Positions 7,778-21,373 of a stretch of DNA of 64,000 bases are shown here, piece by piece. The position numbers and the translations under genes are program-made. Origin of the DNA: Candidatus Eiseniibacteriota bacterium (GTDB lineage: Bacteria > Eisenbacteria > RBG-16-71-46); the NCBI GenBank assembly GCA_036505355.1, contig DASXTP010000155.1, forward strand, positions 3,182 to 67,181, written 5' to 3'. Numbering within the stretch: the first letter of the stretch is position 1; each line of letters starts with the position of its first letter. The notes under the pieces were generated by a model that saw only the letters and a program-made list of their open reading frames with translations, ran no database searches and had not been told where the DNA came from.

Positions 7778-10343
7778 CGACCATTTCCGGTTGGAACTGC
7801 CCCTTGCACTTGAGGCAGCGCAGCACGAGACCGTCCTTCTTGGTCTCTTTCTCGACCAGGAACGGCGCGGCGCAAGTCGGACAGGGCACGGGCCGCGGCT
7901 TGTCCCAGGCGGCGAAGGTGCAATCCGGGTAGCGGGTGCAGCCGTAGAACGTCTTGCCGCGCTTGGTCCGGCGCTCGGCGATCTCCCCCTGGCCGCACTC
8001 GGGGCACGGGATGCCGAGCGTGACCGGTTTCGTGAACTTGCAGTCCGGCCGGCGGGAGCAGGAGATGAACCGTCCGTACGGGCCGCTGCGTGCCACCAGG
8101 GGGGCGCCGCAGAGCTCGCAGGCTCCTTCCACCGGCGTTGGCAGCTCGGCGTCGTCCACCGGACGAGTGAACTTGCATTCGGGGTAGCCGGGACAGGCCA
8201 GGAACGGACCTCGCCGACCGAACTTCTTGACCAACATCCGGCCGCAGTTGGGACAGGCGACCTCCGTGGTCTCCTCGACCTTGCGACGGTGCTTGTGGCG
8301 AGCCTCTTCGGCTTGCTCCAAGTCCTTGCTGAAGGGGCCCCAGAAGTCCCGCACCACCTTGTGCCATTCCCGCTTGCCCTCCTCGATCTCGTCGAGTTCC
8401 TCCTCCATGCGGGCGGTGAAGGGAACCTCGAAGATGTCGGGGAAGGTCGACGTCAGCAGCCGGTTGACGGCCTCGCCCAGATCGGTGGGCCTGAGCCGTC
8501 CACGGTCCCGGGCCACGTACTCCCGCGAGGTGATGGTCCCGACGATGGTCGCGTAGGTGCTCGGCCGTCCGATGTTCTCCTCTTCCAGAGCCTTGACCAG
8601 CGAGGCCTCGGTGTAGCGTGGGGGCGGCTGAGTGAAGTGCTGCTCCGGTCGGATCGGCGCGACCTCGGTTTCGACCGCCGGCCCGACCTCGGCCGACCCG
8701 GTGGGCGCACCCGGCTCTCCCTCTTCCCGGGTCACCGGCGCGGCCACCGCGAGCGGCGTGCCGACGGTCACCTCGGGCAACTGGGACTCGGCGGCCTCAT
8801 CGTCCTCGTCCAGCCCGTAGAGTTTCTGGAACCCGGCGAACTTGAGCACGCGACCGGTGGCTCTCAGTCCCAGCCGGCCGGCCTCGACCTCGAGGGTGGT
8901 GGCCAGGTATTCGGCCGAGGCGGTCTGCGAGGCGACCGCCCGCTTCCAAATCAAGTCGTAGAGCTTCCAGACCTCGTCGCTCAGATGGGGGCGCACCACC
9001 TCGGGGGTGAGGCTCACGTCGGTCGGCCGAATCGCCTCGTGGGCGTCCTGCGCCGACTTCCGGCTCTTGAACTGCCGCGGTGACTCGGGCACGTACTGAG
9101 CGCCGAGCTGTTGCTCCAGCCAGGCACGGATGCCGGCGATCGCCTCGCCCGCCAGCCGCGGCGAGTCGGTGCGCATGTAGGTGATGAGGCCGACGCTTCC
9201 CGCCTTGCCCAGCGTCACGCCCTCGTACAGGTGCTGTGCCAGCGACATGGTGCGTTGGCTGTTGTAGCCGAGACGGTTGAAGGCGGCCTGCTGGAGCGTG
9301 CTGGTGATGAAGGGCGCCTTCGGATGCACCAGGCGCGGGACGCTCTCGACGCTCGCCACCCGCGCCGCTGCCGTCTTGAGCTCCTCGGCCAGCGACCGGG
9401 CTTGGGCCCCGGCATCGGCGCCGCGGAGCTGACCCTGCTCCAGCTCCGCTTCCCCGACGCGCACCAGCCGCGCGGTGAAGCGGCTCCGAGCCGCATCCGC
9501 GGTCTCGTAGTCGACCTCGAGCGTCCAGTACTCCTCGGGGACGAACACGCGGATGTCTTGCTCGCGCTCGCAGATCAAGCGCAGAGCGACGCTTTGCACG
9601 CGGCCCGCCGAGAGCCCATAGCGAACTGTGCGCCAGACGAACGGGCTCACCTTGTAGCCGACCAGGCGATCCAGGACGCGCCGGGCTTGCTGGGCGTTGA
9701 CCAGGTTCATGTCCAGCTCGCGCGGATGGTCGAGCGCCAGCTTGACGGCGCGCTCGGTGATCTCGTTGAAGGTCAGCCGCTGGATGGGTCGCCGCGCGCT
9801 CTTCAGCACGCCCGCGAGATGCCAGGCGATCGCCTCGCCCTCGCGATCCGGATCGGGCGCGAGGTAGATGCGGTCCGCCGACTTGGCCGCGGTCTTGATG
9901 CGGACGACGGCCTGGGCCTTGCCGCGGATCGGCACGTACTTGGGCTCGAAGCCGTTCTCGAGATCTACCCCCAGCTCGCTCTTCGGCAGGTCCATGATGT
10001 GCCCGTTCGAGGCCAGCACGGAGAAGCCGCGACCCAAGAACTTGGTCAACGTGCGCGACTTGGTCGGAGACTCGACGATCACCAGGGACCGCCGGGCGCT
10101 GCCCTCGGCCTTGGCCGAGCCGGCCTTGGCGGTTCGCCCGGCCTTGCGGGAGGTGACCGGGTGATCCGACCGAGTCTCGGCTGCGACGGCTTTGCGAGCC
10201 CCGACCCCCGAGGGCTTGCGGGTCAACCCGCCTTTGGCCTTGCGAGCCTGGCGAGCCGCCCCGGCTTTCCGGTCGCCCACCGCGGCTCGCTTCGCCGGCC
10301 CAGCCGGCTTCGAGGCCGTCTTCGAGCGGCTCAGCGCCACCAT
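7770..10343 (-). CDS. topA: DNA topoisomerase I with ~95 aa basic N-terminal extension and four C-terminal zinc ribbons
   Basis: Toprim start LVIVESPTKSRTL, the active-site region, and repeated CPxCG...C zinc-finger modules at the C-terminus. The N-terminal K/A/R-rich tail is in frame with GC-rich third positions. Confidence 0.9.
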   Translation of the reverse strand: MVALSRSKTASKPAGPAKRAAVGDRKAGAARQARKAKGGLTRKPSGVGARKAVAAETRSDHPVTSRKAGRTAKAGSAKAEGSARRSLVIVESPTKSRTLTKFLGRGFSVLASNGHIMDLPKSELGVDLENGFEPKYVPIRGKAQAVVRIKTAAKSADRIYLAPDPDREGEAIAWHLAGVLKSARRPIQRLTFNEITERAVKLALDHPRELDMNLVNAQQARRVLDRLVGYKVSPFVWRTVRYGLSAGRVQSVALRLICEREQDIRVFVPEEYWTLEVDYETADAARSRFTARLVRVGEAELEQGQLRGADAGAQARSLAEELKTAAARVASVESVPRLVHPKAPFITSTLQQAAFNRLGYNSQRTMSLAQHLYEGVTLGKAGSVGLITYMRTDSPRLAGEAIAGIRAWLEQQLGAQYVPESPRQFKSRKSAQDAHEAIRPTDVSLTPEVVRPHLSDEVWKLYDLIWKRAVASQTASAEYLATTLEVEAGRLGLRATGRVLKFAGFQKLYGLDEDDEAAESQLPEVTVGTPLAVAAPVTREEGEPGAPTGSAEVGPAVETEVAPIRPEQHFTQPPPRYTEASLVKALEEENIGRPSTYATIVGTITSREYVARDRGRLRPTDLGEAVNRLLTSTFPDIFEVPFTARMEEELDEIEEGKREWHKVVRDFWGPFSKDLEQAEEARHKHRRKVEETTEVACPNCGRMLVKKFGRRGPFLACPGYPECKFTRPVDDAELPTPVEGACELCGAPLVARSGPYGRFISCSRRPDCKFTKPVTLGIPCPECGQGEIAERRTKRGKTFYGCTRYPDCTFAAWDKPRPVPCPTCAAPFLVEKETKKDGLVLRCLKCKGQFQPEMVGA

Positions 10344-10388
10344 GTCCCCCCCTGCCTGCCGGGTGTTCTCGGGTACGTCATCGGTTCC

Positions 10389-10864
10389 TCAATGAGCCAG
10401 ATCCGCATCGCCATGGGGCTCGAGCCCTCCGTCGGCGGCCCTCAATGCCACGCGCGCCGCCACCTCGCGGGCCAACTCGACGCCCACCGGGCGCACGCCG
10501 CTCGCCGCCAGCCGATCCATGACCCGCTCGAGCTGCTCGGGATCCAGCGAGCCGCGCCGCCTTAGATCGAGCAGGTACCCCCACGCCTCGGGGCTCAGCG
10601 ACTCGCGCTCCTGGGCGCTCAGCACCCGCTGCGAGGCCCGACCGGGAGGGTCGTCGACGGCCGCCGTCCCGGGGCCGGCTCCCTCTCCCGCCAGGCTCCG
10701 CAGCGCCAAGACCACGGCCTGTAGGTCTTCGGCGCCGAAACCGCCCTGCTCGAGCGATTCGCCCAGGGTCTCGAGCGCGAGCTCGTTGCCTTCCAGGAAC
10801 TCCTCGAGGTGATCGGCCACCAGCGACAGCAATCGCAGCACCGACGCCCGGTCGCGGTCCTCGC

Positions 10865-10868
<4 letters not shown>
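10389..10868 (-). CDS. smg: Smg-like protein (DUF494)
   Basis: Acidic ~159 aa protein starting [27 protein letters not shown]. Its position next to topA and its general pattern fit the Smg family. The ATG overlaps the secA stop (ATGA). Confidence 0.6.
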
Positions 10869-13885
<3,017 letters not shown>

Positions 13886-13979
13886 CGTTCTCAGGATAGA
13901 GGCCCTGTCAAGACGTTCGAACGGTCACGCCTCCGGACCATACCGTTGGTCGCGCCCGGCGTGGGGCACCGAAGACGAC

Positions 13980-14006
13980 GCGGCCCGATGCATTGCATCG
14001 GGCCGC
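13980..14006 (-). terminator. Hairpin downstream of the cold-shock gene
   Basis: Near-perfect palindrome GCGGCCCGATGCA.TGCATCGGGCCGC about 23 nt after the csp stop, followed on the minus strand by GTCGTCTTCGG, which is a weak U tract. Confidence 0.45.
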
Positions 14007-14028
14007 GCGGTGTCCGGGCGGCGAATCT

Positions 14029-14229
14029 TCAGACTTTGACCACGTGCGTGGCCTCCGTGCCTCGCTCGCTCGACTTGATCTCGAATTCCACCTGCTCCCC
14101 TTCACGGAGGGTTCGGAATCCGCTGCCTTCGATCGCGGAGAAATGAACGAACACGTCCTGTTGGTCCTCCGCGGAGATGAACCCGTAGCCCTTTTGGTCG
14201 TTGAACCATTTCACCTTGCCACGCGCCAT
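14029..14229 (-). CDS. Cold-shock protein (CspA family)
   Basis: [18 protein letters not shown]...VFVHFSAI carries the RNP1 and RNP2 motifs. GGAGG lies upstream of the ATG at 14229. Confidence 0.92.
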   Translation of the reverse strand: MARGKVKWFNDQKGYGFISAEDQQDVFVHFSAIEGSGFRTLREGEQVEFEIKSSERGTEATHVVKV

Positions 14230-14309
14230 GGGGGATCCTCCCTGGTCGCCAGGTACCCGACGAGAGCCCGGAGGCACGTACCTAGGTTGACCACTTTCCC
14301 GCCGCGGGG

Positions 14310-15257
14310 TCAAGAGACTTTGCGAACCTCGACTCCCGGACGCCGCCGCCGACTTCGCAGTCGGCTCCAGCGCTCCTGGAGACTCAGAGCCTGCGGGTTC
14401 CCGGGATCGGCCTGCAGCACCAGGGCGATCTGCTCACCGGCCTGGACCAAGTCGCCCAGGGATTCCAACGCCCGCGCGAACTGCACGCGCGCCCCGTGGT
14501 AGTCAGGATGGAGCTCCAAGGCCCGCGCGAAGGACCACAGCGCCTCGTCGGCGCGCCCGTCCTCCAGCTCGGCGGCACCGAGCAGGCAGTGCAGATCGGC
14601 GTAGCCTTCGTGGTGCCGTAGCGCCTGCCGCACCAGCCGGGCGGCGGCCGCCGCGTCCCCTTCCGACAGCAGCCGCTGGAACTGTTGGACCACCACTTCC
14701 ATCCCCGGCTCGGAAAGCTGCAGCGCCTGCTTGAGCAGGATCTCCGCTTCCTCCCAGTCGGCCTGCTCCAGGCTCTTCAGCCCCTGGCGGAACACCCGGG
14801 GCTTCTCGACGGGATGCTGCTGGCCGAGGCGCCGCAGCGCCTCCAGGGCCTCGCCCAGCAGACCCTCGCGCGCATCGAGCAACGCGCGCTCGAGCCGCGC
14901 CGCGACGTACCCGGGGTTGATGCGCAGCGCTTGGTCGAGCGCGCGGCGAGCCTCGGGCCGCTTGTGGCGCAGCAGCAACACGCAGGCCTTGTGACGGTGC
15001 AGATCCGCGTAGTCGGGACTGGCGCGGAGGGCCTCATCGAGCGCCTGCTCGGCGCTGTCGAGATCGCCGGCGGCCTCGGCCAGTCGGGCGATGTGGGACA
15101 GGGCCGTGGCGGCGGCCGCCCGATGCTGCTTGTGCAGGGCGCGGCCATCGAGCACCCGCCGCAGGGCCGCAACGGCCTCGCCGTGGTGACCTTCCTGGGC
15201 GAGCTGCAGTGGGCCGTCGAAGGCGGCGGCCTCCGGGTCGAGCGGGCGTGGGTTCAT
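14310..15257 (-). CDS. Tetratricopeptide (TPR) repeat protein
   Basis: Repeated ~34 aa A/L/Y-rich helical units (AL..DP....A...LA). Confidence 0.65.
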   Translation of the reverse strand: MNPRPLDPEAAAFDGPLQLAQEGHHGEAVAALRRVLDGRALHKQHRAAAATALSHIARLAEAAGDLDSAEQALDEALRASPDYADLHRHKACVLLLRHKRPEARRALDQALRINPGYVAARLERALLDAREGLLGEALEALRRLGQQHPVEKPRVFRQGLKSLEQADWEEAEILLKQALQLSEPGMEVVVQQFQRLLSEGDAAAAARLVRQALRHHEGYADLHCLLGAAELEDGRADEALWSFARALELHPDYHGARVQFARALESLGDLVQAGEQIALVLQADPGNPQALSLQERWSRLRSRRRRPGVEVRKVS

Positions 15258-15865
15258 CCAGGAATCCCCAGGAGTTTCATGACGTAGCCCGACGAAAGAG
15301 GCACGCCGAGGTTGTCGTCGAGGGGTATCGGCAGGAACTCCACCAGACTTGCGACCACGGCGCCGGCGACCGCCACGGTCCAGGGAAGTCGACCGTCGAG
15401 GGCCAGGAAGGCGGCCCAGCCGAGACAGACCCCGAGGCCGACCGCCGCACCCTCGAGCGTCTTGTGGAAGAAGCGCCTTCGGCCCCAGGCGCGGCCGGCG
15501 AGCCCCGCCAGTCCGTCACCCAGCACGGTGAACCCGAGAGCGGCTGCCGCCACCGGCTGCGGGAACATCTCCAGGGACAGGAGTGCGGCGATCAGCAGGT
15601 AGGTCGAGCCCAGCAGGTTGAACTGCTCGTGCTCGCGGATCATGCCGCCAAAGAACTCGCCAAAGAACCGTCGCGCGCGTCGTTCGTGGATTCGCAGCAG
15701 GTCGATGGCGAGCGCCGTCAGGGTGAGCGCAATCAGGAGGACCCGCCACTCGGCCTTGCCGCGGGGCCACGGCAGCCATTCGTAGAGCATGCCGAGCGGC
15801 AGGATGAGGCAGGAGAGATGGATGGCCTTGCGTTGGGCCTCGGTCAACCAGGCCTGGCGGTTCAC
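15254..15865 (-). CDS. Polytopic membrane protein, phosphatidate cytidylyltransferase / dolichol-kinase-like family
   Basis: The C-terminal 203 aa of track ORF 15254..16951 are hydrophobic, with a GD..A...GR.WG.....K..EG pattern. The GTG at 15865 overlaps the guaA stop (GTGA). The start is uncertain. Confidence 0.5.
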   Translation of the reverse strand: MNRQAWLTEAQRKAIHLSCLILPLGMLYEWLPWPRGKAEWRVLLIALTLTALAIDLLRIHERRARRFFGEFFGGMIREHEQFNLLGSTYLLIAALLSLEMFPQPVAAAALGFTVLGDGLAGLAGRAWGRRRFFHKTLEGAAVGLGVCLGWAAFLALDGRLPWTVAVAGAVVASLVEFLPIPLDDNLGVPLSSGYVMKLLGIPG

Positions 15866-17400
15866 TCCCACTCGATCGTCGCCGGCGGCTTGCTGGTGCA
15901 GTCGTAGACCACGCGGTTGACGCCGCGCACCTCGTTGGCGATGCGGCTCGCTACGCGGCCCAGCAACGCGCTCGGCAGCCGGGTCCAGTCCGCCGTCATG
16001 CCATCCTGGCTGTCGACGGCGCGCAGCGCGATCACCCGCTCGTAGGAGCGCTCGTCGCCCTTGACGCCCACGGTCGACACCGGCAACAGCACCGCGAACG
16101 CCTGCCAGGTGCGCGGGTACCACCGGGCCCGGCGCAGCTCGTCGATGAAGATCGCGTCGGCCTGACGCAGGATGTGGAGATCGGCCGCGTTCACCGCGCC
16201 CAGCGTGCGCACGGCGAGACCCGGCCCCGGGAACGGGTGCCGATCGACCAGCGGGTCCGGGAGTCCCAGCTCGCGGCCCAGCTGCCGGACCTCGTCCTTG
16301 AACAGGAGGCGCAGCGGCTCGACCAGCTGAAGGTGCATGCGCTCGGGTAACCCGCCGACGTTGTGGTGGGTCTTGATCACCTGGGAGCCGAACCCGGCCG
16401 AGGCGCTCTCGATCACATCGGGATAGAGGGTGCCCTGGGCCAGGAACTCGATCGGGCCGTGCCTCCTCGCCTCTTCCTCGAACACCGCGATGAACTCGGC
16501 CCCGATCGCGCGGCGCTTCTGCTCGGGATCGGTGACGCCCTCGAGCCGCTTCAGGAAACGCTCCCGCGCGTCGACCACCGTGAGCTGGAGCTTCCGCTTC
16601 TCCCCCAGCTCGCGGGCGACCTCCTCGGCCTCGCCCTGGCGCAGCAGGCCGTGGTCCACCAGCACGCACCGCAGCCTCTGCCCGACCGCCCGGTGGCAGA
16701 GCGTGGCGACCACCGTGCTGTCGACGCCGCCCGAGAGTCCGCACAGCACGTGGCCCGCTCCCACCTGCCTGCGGATGTCCGCCACCGCCTGGCGGAGGAA
16801 GCTCTTCATGCTCCAGCCGCCCTTGAGCCCCGCGATACGGAACAGGAAGTTGTGGAACACCCGCTTGCCGTACGGCGAGTGGACCACCTCGGGGTGGAAC
16901 TGGATCAGGTGGAACGGCAGCCGGGCGTGGCGGGCGGCGGCGAAGCGACAATTAGAGGTATGGGCGACCGGCAGGAAATCCTCGCCCAGGGACTGCACCT
17001 CGTCGCCATGGCTCATCCAAGCCCGGAAGCGCCGCGGCACCCCGGCGAACAGGGGCGACGGTCGGTCGATGACGAAGGTGGCGGTCCCGTACTCGGCCGC
17101 CGGCGCCTTGGCCACGGTGCCCCCGGTGAGCTGGGCAGTGGCCTGGAAGCCGTAGCAGATGCCGAGCAGGGGTTTCTCGAGGGCGTAGATGCCCGGGTCG
17201 GGCAGCGGTGCCGACGTGCGGTAGCCGCTGGCCGGAGAGCCGGAAAGGATCAGCGCGGCGGGCTTCCGCCGCCCGATCTCGGCCGCCGGGGTGGTCCCGG
17301 GAACAATCTCCGAGAACACGCCCGCTTCGCGCACCCGCCGGGCGATGAGCTGCGTGTACTGGGAGCCGAAATCCAGGATCAGGACATGCTCGCGGGGCAT
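15862..17400 (-). CDS. guaA: GMP synthase (glutamine-hydrolysing)
   Basis: GATase domain (ILDFGSQYTQLIARRVRE), ATP-PPase SGGVDS motif, C-terminal ..PPATIEWE. Confidence 0.97.
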   Translation of the reverse strand: MPREHVLILDFGSQYTQLIARRVREAGVFSEIVPGTTPAAEIGRRKPAALILSGSPASGYRTSAPLPDPGIYALEKPLLGICYGFQATAQLTGGTVAKAPAAEYGTATFVIDRPSPLFAGVPRRFRAWMSHGDEVQSLGEDFLPVAHTSNCRFAAARHARLPFHLIQFHPEVVHSPYGKRVFHNFLFRIAGLKGGWSMKSFLRQAVADIRRQVGAGHVLCGLSGGVDSTVVATLCHRAVGQRLRCVLVDHGLLRQGEAEEVARELGEKRKLQLTVVDARERFLKRLEGVTDPEQKRRAIGAEFIAVFEEEARRHGPIEFLAQGTLYPDVIESASAGFGSQVIKTHHNVGGLPERMHLQLVEPLRLLFKDEVRQLGRELGLPDPLVDRHPFPGPGLAVRTLGAVNAADLHILRQADAIFIDELRRARWYPRTWQAFAVLLPVSTVGVKGDERSYERVIALRAVDSQDGMTADWTRLPSALLGRVASRIANEVRGVNRVVYDCTSKPPATIEWE

Positions 17401-17413
17401 TGGACTTGCTCGG

Positions 17414-18967
17414 CTAATGGCGGAACACCCTGCGGCCGGTGAACATCATGGCCAGGCCTTGGGCATCGCAGGCGGCGATCACCTCGGCGTCCCGCACCGA
17501 GCCACCAGGCTGGACCACCGCGCTGATCCCGGCTTGGGCAGCGTGTCCGATGTTGTCGGCGAACGGAAAGAACCCGTCCGAGGCCAGCACCGCGCCTTGG
17601 ACATCGTGCCCGACCCGCCGCGCCTTCATGAGCGCCACGTCCACCGCGTCGACCCGACTGGTCTGCCCCGAGCCGAGACCGATCAGTACCGTTTCGCGAG
17701 CGATCGCGACGGCGTTCGAGCGCGCGGCGGCGACCACGGTCCAGGCGAAGCGGAGGCCCTCCATCTCGTTCTGGGAGGGGACGCGCTGGGTCACGGCGCG
17801 CCACGCCGGCGGCGGGCCCGAGGGCTCGCGCTGCAGCAGCCCCCACGGTCCGAGCTGGCGAAGGGCCCACGGGCTCGCGGGGACCAGCTCGCTCGAGCCC
17901 AGCCGCAGCAGCCTGAGGTTCTTCTTGGATCCCAAGGCCCCCTCGGCGGCCGGGGTGATCTCCGGGGCGGCTACGCACTCGACGAACTGTGCGGCCAGCG
18001 CTTGGGCCGTGGCGCGGTCGAGCGGCCGATTGAAGGCCACGATCCCGCCGAACGCCGAAAGTGGATCGGTGCCGAGCGCGGCCTGGTACGCCTGGTCGAG
18101 GCTCGCGGCGACGGCGGCCCCGCAGGGCTCGTTGTGCTTGACGATCACGCAGCCGGGCTCATCGAACTCGCCACACAGCGAGACCGCGGCGTGGAGGTCG
18201 ACAAGATTGTTATAGGATAGCTCCTTGCCTTCACGTTCTACGTGAATGGACACCGGCTCTCCCACCCCCCGGTAGAGCGCTGCGGCCTGCTGGGGATTCT
18301 CGCCGTAGCGCAAGGTCCTGGCGCGCTCGAGCGCCATCACGTACACGGGCGGCGGCTCCAGATGGCTCTCCGGCGCCCCAGGGGACCCGCTGCGGCGTGC
18401 CAGCTCGGCCCCGATCGCGGCATCGTAGCGAGCGGTGCGAGCGAAGGTGGCGAGCGCCCAGGCGCGGCGCTGCCCGAGCGATGGCCCCCCGGACTCCAGC
18501 GCCCGCAGCACCTCCGGATACTGCGCCGGATCGTGGACCACGATCACGTCGGCGAAGTTCTTGGCCGCGGCGCGCAGGAGTGCCACGCCACCGATGTCGA
18601 TCTCCTCGACCGCCCCCGCTTCGTCGAGCGCGGCAGCCCGAGACTCGAACGGGTAGAGGCTCACCGCCACCAGGTCGATCGGCTCGAGGCCGCGCTTCTC
18701 GAGCGCCTCGAGATCCTCGACCACGCCACGTCGCGCCAGAATCGGCGCGTGCACGTGCGGATGGAGCGTCTTCACGCGCCCGCCCAGCAGCTCTGGAAAT
18801 CCGGTCCACTGCTCGACCGCCGTGACTTCGATCCCGGCCTGCTCGAGAACCTTGGCCGTGCCCCCCGAAGCCAGCATCCGGGTGCCGTGCTCGGCCAGGG
18901 CGCGTGCGAACTCGACCGCGCCGCTCTTGTCCGAAAGCGAGAGCAGCGCCGCGCGCGGCCAGGTCAT
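17414..18967 (-). CDS. purH: Bifunctional AICAR transformylase / IMP cyclohydrolase
   Basis: RAALLSLSDKSG (MGS-like domain) ... C-terminal FTGRRVFRH. Trimmed to M16. Confidence 0.95.
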   Translation of the reverse strand: MTWPRAALLSLSDKSGAVEFARALAEHGTRMLASGGTAKVLEQAGIEVTAVEQWTGFPELLGGRVKTLHPHVHAPILARRGVVEDLEALEKRGLEPIDLVAVSLYPFESRAAALDEAGAVEEIDIGGVALLRAAAKNFADVIVVHDPAQYPEVLRALESGGPSLGQRRAWALATFARTARYDAAIGAELARRSGSPGAPESHLEPPPVYVMALERARTLRYGENPQQAAALYRGVGEPVSIHVEREGKELSYNNLVDLHAAVSLCGEFDEPGCVIVKHNEPCGAAVAASLDQAYQAALGTDPLSAFGGIVAFNRPLDRATAQALAAQFVECVAAPEITPAAEGALGSKKNLRLLRLGSSELVPASPWALRQLGPWGLLQREPSGPPPAWRAVTQRVPSQNEMEGLRFAWTVVAAARSNAVAIARETVLIGLGSGQTSRVDAVDVALMKARRVGHDVQGAVLASDGFFPFADNIGHAAQAGISAVVQPGGSVRDAEVIAACDAQGLAMMFTGRRVFRH

Positions 18968-19028
18968 GGAGAACGCCTCACGCCCGGGTCGTCCGTCGGT
19001 CGCCCTTGGCACGCCCGCGCGTATTCGG

Positions 19029-19925
19029 TCACGCCTTGTCCCCGGTCAGCCGGCGCATCGCCTCGACGTAGCGCTCGCGAGTTCGGCGCACCACGTCGTC
19101 CGGCAGCGGCGGTGCCGGCGGCTCGTGGTTCCAGCCCGAGCGGTCGAGCCAGTCGCGGACGAATTGCTTGTCGAACGACAGCAGGCGTCCAGCCTGGTAC
19201 TCGGCTCGATCCCAGTAGCGCGAGGAATCGGGCGAGAGCACTTCGTCGATCAGGGTCAGCTCGCCGTCGACCACCCCGAACTCGAATTTGGTGTCGGCCA
19301 GCACCAGACCCCGATCCCAGGCCCAGGCGCGCGCTTCCTCGTAGATCGCCTGGCTCCGCCGGCGCAACGCTTCGGCCCGCTCGCGGCCGACCCGGGCGAC
19401 CATCTCGTCGAAGTCGATGTTGACGTCGTGTCCGGCGTCTTCCTTGGTGGCGGGCGTGAAGATCGCCGGGTCGAGTCGCGATCCGTCGTGGAGCCCGGGC
19501 GGCAACCGCAAGCCGCACACGGCCCCGTGCTCCTGGTACTCCTTCCAACCCGACCCGGTAAGGTACCCGCGCACCACGCACTCGATGTCGATCCGCCGCG
19601 CGCGGCGCACCAGCATGCTGCGGCCCGCGAGCCGTTCCCGGTGCGCCGGAAACGGCGCTGGGTAGCTTCGCGGCTCGTCCGACACGAAGTGGTGCGGGTG
19701 CGCGTTGACCAAGGTCTTGAACCAGAAGCTCGACAATTGGGTCAGCACCTCTCCCTTGCCGGGGATCGGCGTCGGCAGCACGCTGTCGTAAGCCGATAGT
19801 CGGTCGCTCGCCACGATCACTAGATGCTCGGGGCCGGCTTCGTACACCGAGCGAACCTTGCCGCGGCGCCACGGCTCCAAGCCCGGCAGCTCGACTGCGG
19901 CGACCCCCGACGGTGTGCTCAGCAT
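19029..19925 (-). CDS. purC: SAICAR synthase (long form)
   Basis: GKVRSVYE...SDRLSAYD...ADTKFEFG motifs. Confidence 0.92.
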   Translation of the reverse strand: MLSTPSGVAAVELPGLEPWRRGKVRSVYEAGPEHLVIVASDRLSAYDSVLPTPIPGKGEVLTQLSSFWFKTLVNAHPHHFVSDEPRSYPAPFPAHRERLAGRSMLVRRARRIDIECVVRGYLTGSGWKEYQEHGAVCGLRLPPGLHDGSRLDPAIFTPATKEDAGHDVNIDFDEMVARVGRERAEALRRRSQAIYEEARAWAWDRGLVLADTKFEFGVVDGELTLIDEVLSPDSSRYWDRAEYQAGRLLSFDKQFVRDWLDRSGWNHEPPAPPLPDDVVRRTRERYVEAMRRLTGDKA

Positions 19926-19944
19926 GTGAGCCTCCGAAGGGCGA

Positions 19945-20721
19945 TCATCGTCCGCTCCCGGCGACCATGCGCGGCACGGCGTAGGACGAGGCGACGAACG
20001 CGGCCAGCGATTCGAGCCCCGCTATCGCCGCCGTGCCGGGGGCGGCATAGTCACCGTACGGATCGATCAGCACGAACGGCATCTTCGCGACCCGGGCGCC
20101 GGCCTCGTCCACCGACCGGATGTCGCCCACGAACAGCGCCCTTTCGGGCGCGACCGCGAGCCGCTCGAGCGCCATCCGAAAGATCCCGGGATCGGGCTTC
20201 TCGACGCCCACCAGGTGCGAATCGAGCACGAATTCCACGCCGCGTGTCATCTCGCAGCGCTCGAGGGTCGCCTCGGCGCGACCGTCGGAGTTGGAGATCA
20301 CGGCACAGCGCAACCCCATCTCGGCGACCGCGTCGAGCGCCTGGCGCGCCCCTTCCATGGGCCGGGCCCACAACCCGCTGGTCCGATCGCGGGCCAACAG
20401 GCGGACGATGACCGGACCAATCAGGTAGTGGGGCAGGCCCGCCGCAGCCAGCATGCCGCCGAGATACGCGCGGATGTCGCCGTTGGCGCCCAATGGCTGC
20501 GGCAACGCCGCATCGCCGATGCCGCGGCTCGAGTCGTAGCGGCGACGCCCCTCGATCTCGCCCCGTCGCAGCCGGGCAGCGTCCATCGGGTGACCCATCT
20601 GGGTGATGGCCAGGGCCATCCACTCGTAGTCGAGACGCACCAGCGTCCCGCCGGCGTCGAACACGACGGCCGCGAGCCGCGATGCATCCTGACCCGAGCG
20701 TGACGCGCCCGAACCCTTCAT
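19945..20721 (-). CDS. HAD-superfamily hydrolase
   Basis: Motif I variant VVFDAGGTL, later SNSDG and FVGD. Embedded among pur genes. Confidence 0.65.
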   Translation of the reverse strand: MKGSGASRSGQDASRLAAVVFDAGGTLVRLDYEWMALAITQMGHPMDAARLRRGEIEGRRRYDSSRGIGDAALPQPLGANGDIRAYLGGMLAAAGLPHYLIGPVIVRLLARDRTSGLWARPMEGARQALDAVAEMGLRCAVISNSDGRAEATLERCEMTRGVEFVLDSHLVGVEKPDPGIFRMALERLAVAPERALFVGDIRSVDEAGARVAKMPFVLIDPYGDYAAPGTAAIAGLESLAAFVASSYAVPRMVAGSGR

Positions 20722-21347
20722 GTCCGTTCCTCCAGAGGCGAGGCTGCGAACTGGAGCCGGCGTCCCTCACGATGCCAGGGCTCGGTCAGGAAGCGGCGCG
20801 TCACCTGGGGATAGAGTCGATGCTCCGTCTCGTGGATCCAGATTTCCAACGATTGGAGCGTGTCGTCGTCGCGCACCTCGACGGGCGACTGAGCGAGGAT
20901 CGGGCCGCCGTCAACCGACTCGTCTACCAGATGCACGGTGCAACCGGTCACCTTGACGCCGTGCTCCCAGGCCTGCCGGATGGCGTCGACTCCTGGAAAG
21001 GCGGGCAGCAGCGAAGGATGGATGTTGAGGATGCGATCCGGGAAGGCGTCCAGCAGCGTGGCGTGGAGCCGTCGCATGAAGCCCGCCAGCAGCACGGTCT
21101 CGACGCCGCGCCTCCGCAACGCCTCGACCCACGGACCCTCGTCCTCGATGCGAGTGCGCCAGCGCCGGCCACAGTCCATCACCAGAGCCTCGATCCCGAG
21201 GCGTCGGGCGCGTTCGAGGGCCGGGGCATCGGATCGGTCGCTCAGCAGGACGACGATCGCACCCCCCAGCTCGCCACGACGGGCGGCGAGGGCGAGCGCT
21301 TCGAAATTGGATCCCTGACCGGAGGCGAACACCGCGAGCCTGGGCAT
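20718..21347 (-). CDS. purN: Phosphoribosylglycinamide formyltransferase
   Basis: MPRLAVFASGQGSNFEAL, NIHPSLLPAF, GCTVHLVDE.VDGGPI. Trimmed to M59 of the track ORF. Confidence 0.92.
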   Translation of the reverse strand: MPRLAVFASGQGSNFEALALAARRGELGGAIVVLLSDRSDAPALERARRLGIEALVMDCGRRWRTRIEDEGPWVEALRRRGVETVLLAGFMRRLHATLLDAFPDRILNIHPSLLPAFPGVDAIRQAWEHGVKVTGCTVHLVDESVDGGPILAQSPVEVRDDDTLQSLEIWIHETEHRLYPQVTRRFLTEPWHREGRRLQFAASPLEERT

Positions 21348-21373
21348 GGGAGCGCGTGGAGCCACGCCGCAAT

